A stretch of 64,000 nt of DNA, from the NCBI RefSeq assembly GCF_009914755.1, contig NC_060928.1. One strand, written 5' to 3'. Below the pieces are notes generated by a model. It saw only the letters and a program-made list of their open reading frames with translations. It had not been told where the DNA came from and did not search any database. Within the stretch, counting starts at the first letter, position 1. Each line of letters starts with the position of its first letter. Origin of the DNA: the human T2T-CHM13v2.0 reference genome, Homo sapiens. A program made the translations under genes and the position numbers. Below are positions 63,228 to 64,000 of this stretch, piece after piece.

Positions 63228-63675
63228 TGAGAAAAGAAAATAAAAACCCCAATTCACTATGCCAAAAGGAAAAAATTAAGCTGAAAGCTGAGTCATGGAA
63301 GAAACTGCCTTTCCTTTTGTTCCTAAGCAGATAGCTACAGATAAAAGTTTAAATATCTCCACAGGTAGCTACTCTATATTCACCTTATCTTATGTACGGC
63401 GCTGATATACTGAGTGCAAGGTGAGTACATAATTGACTTTTCCTCTAGCTGCTCCTTTTCTCTGACAACTTGTGATTACCATACCCTCCCTCTTTCCCCT
63501 CCAGCCCACTTTTCCCCTTTAAATATTGAAGCCCTGAGAATCACCTTTGGAGAAAAGCACAAACCAAGGGCTGTTAGTGTGATTCCATGTTCTTTTCTTC
63601 TGGGCATGTTCTTAAACTTGGCAAAATAAAGTTCTAAGTTGACTGATGCCTGTCTCAGATACTCTTTGGTTTGCA
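63228..63675 (+). mobile_element. Solo ERV1 LTR (MER4 family)
   Basis: tgagaaaagaaaataaa...ccccaattcactatgccaaaaggaaaa...cttggcaaaataaa...ggtttgca; flanks gttt/gctt. Confidence 0.8.
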
Positions 63676-63679
63676 GCTT

Positions 63680-63937
63680 ATAAAAAGGGATACCCAGCAG
63701 AAGATAATTGTAGCTACTGCTAATCATGCTGGCCTAGAGAGGGCCATGAGAATAAACACATTCTCTTTCCACTAGCATTCCAACATCCTGCTGCTGCCTT
63801 CCTGGAGCCGAACCTCACCAGAATCCAGAGACAAGTAAATTAGTACCTGATCTTTAGGTGTCAGCCTCCTGGAACATAGAACAGGGTAGAAATAGGTAGC
63901 GTTGTGTATCTGCCAGGACCACTGGAAATACCAGTAC
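63680..63937 (-). mobile_element. Old ERVL LTR fragment (LTR33-like)
   Basis: tcagcctcctggaacatagaacagggtagaa...atctg...ggaaataccagtaca resembles LTR33-type termini. Confidence 0.4.
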
Positions 63938-64000
63938 ACCTACGATATCATCAAATGTTTTAAATAATGACAATGAACTTGTTCATTTATGTAGTTGGTA

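Overview
This is AT-rich, CpG-depleted primate genomic DNA (AluY and young L1PA copies point to a catarrhine, probably human or great ape), either intergenic or deep intronic. I found no host protein-coding gene, CpG island, tRNA, rRNA or CRISPR array. About half or more of the window is transposable elements: a TSD-bounded full-span L1PA8/10-type LINE-1 (minus) with an internal ORF2 deletion, a 5'-truncated L1PA3-5 (plus) with a 990-codon but disabled ORF2, an orphan L1 5' end, a full-length Hsmar2 mariner, a two-LTR THE1/MST MaLR provirus, several solo LTRs, about 15 Alus, and MIR/L2 and DNA-transposon relics. The recognisable ORFs in the track are all TE-derived. I see no evidence of a new gene system; the interest lies in genome-dynamics scars. 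The best are (i) an AluS carrying a ~125-bp insert apparently copied from an inverted neighbouring Alu monomer, with a 50-bp perfect-identity tract; (ii) three ultra-short (57-83 bp) TSD-flanked L1 3'-end insertions within 15 kb, one inside a MADE1; and (iii) an L1 ORF2 deletion whose junction is itself duplicated. Subfamily names come from my recollection of consensus sequences, not a database search. Boundaries of old elements (MIR, L2, L1M) are approximate.
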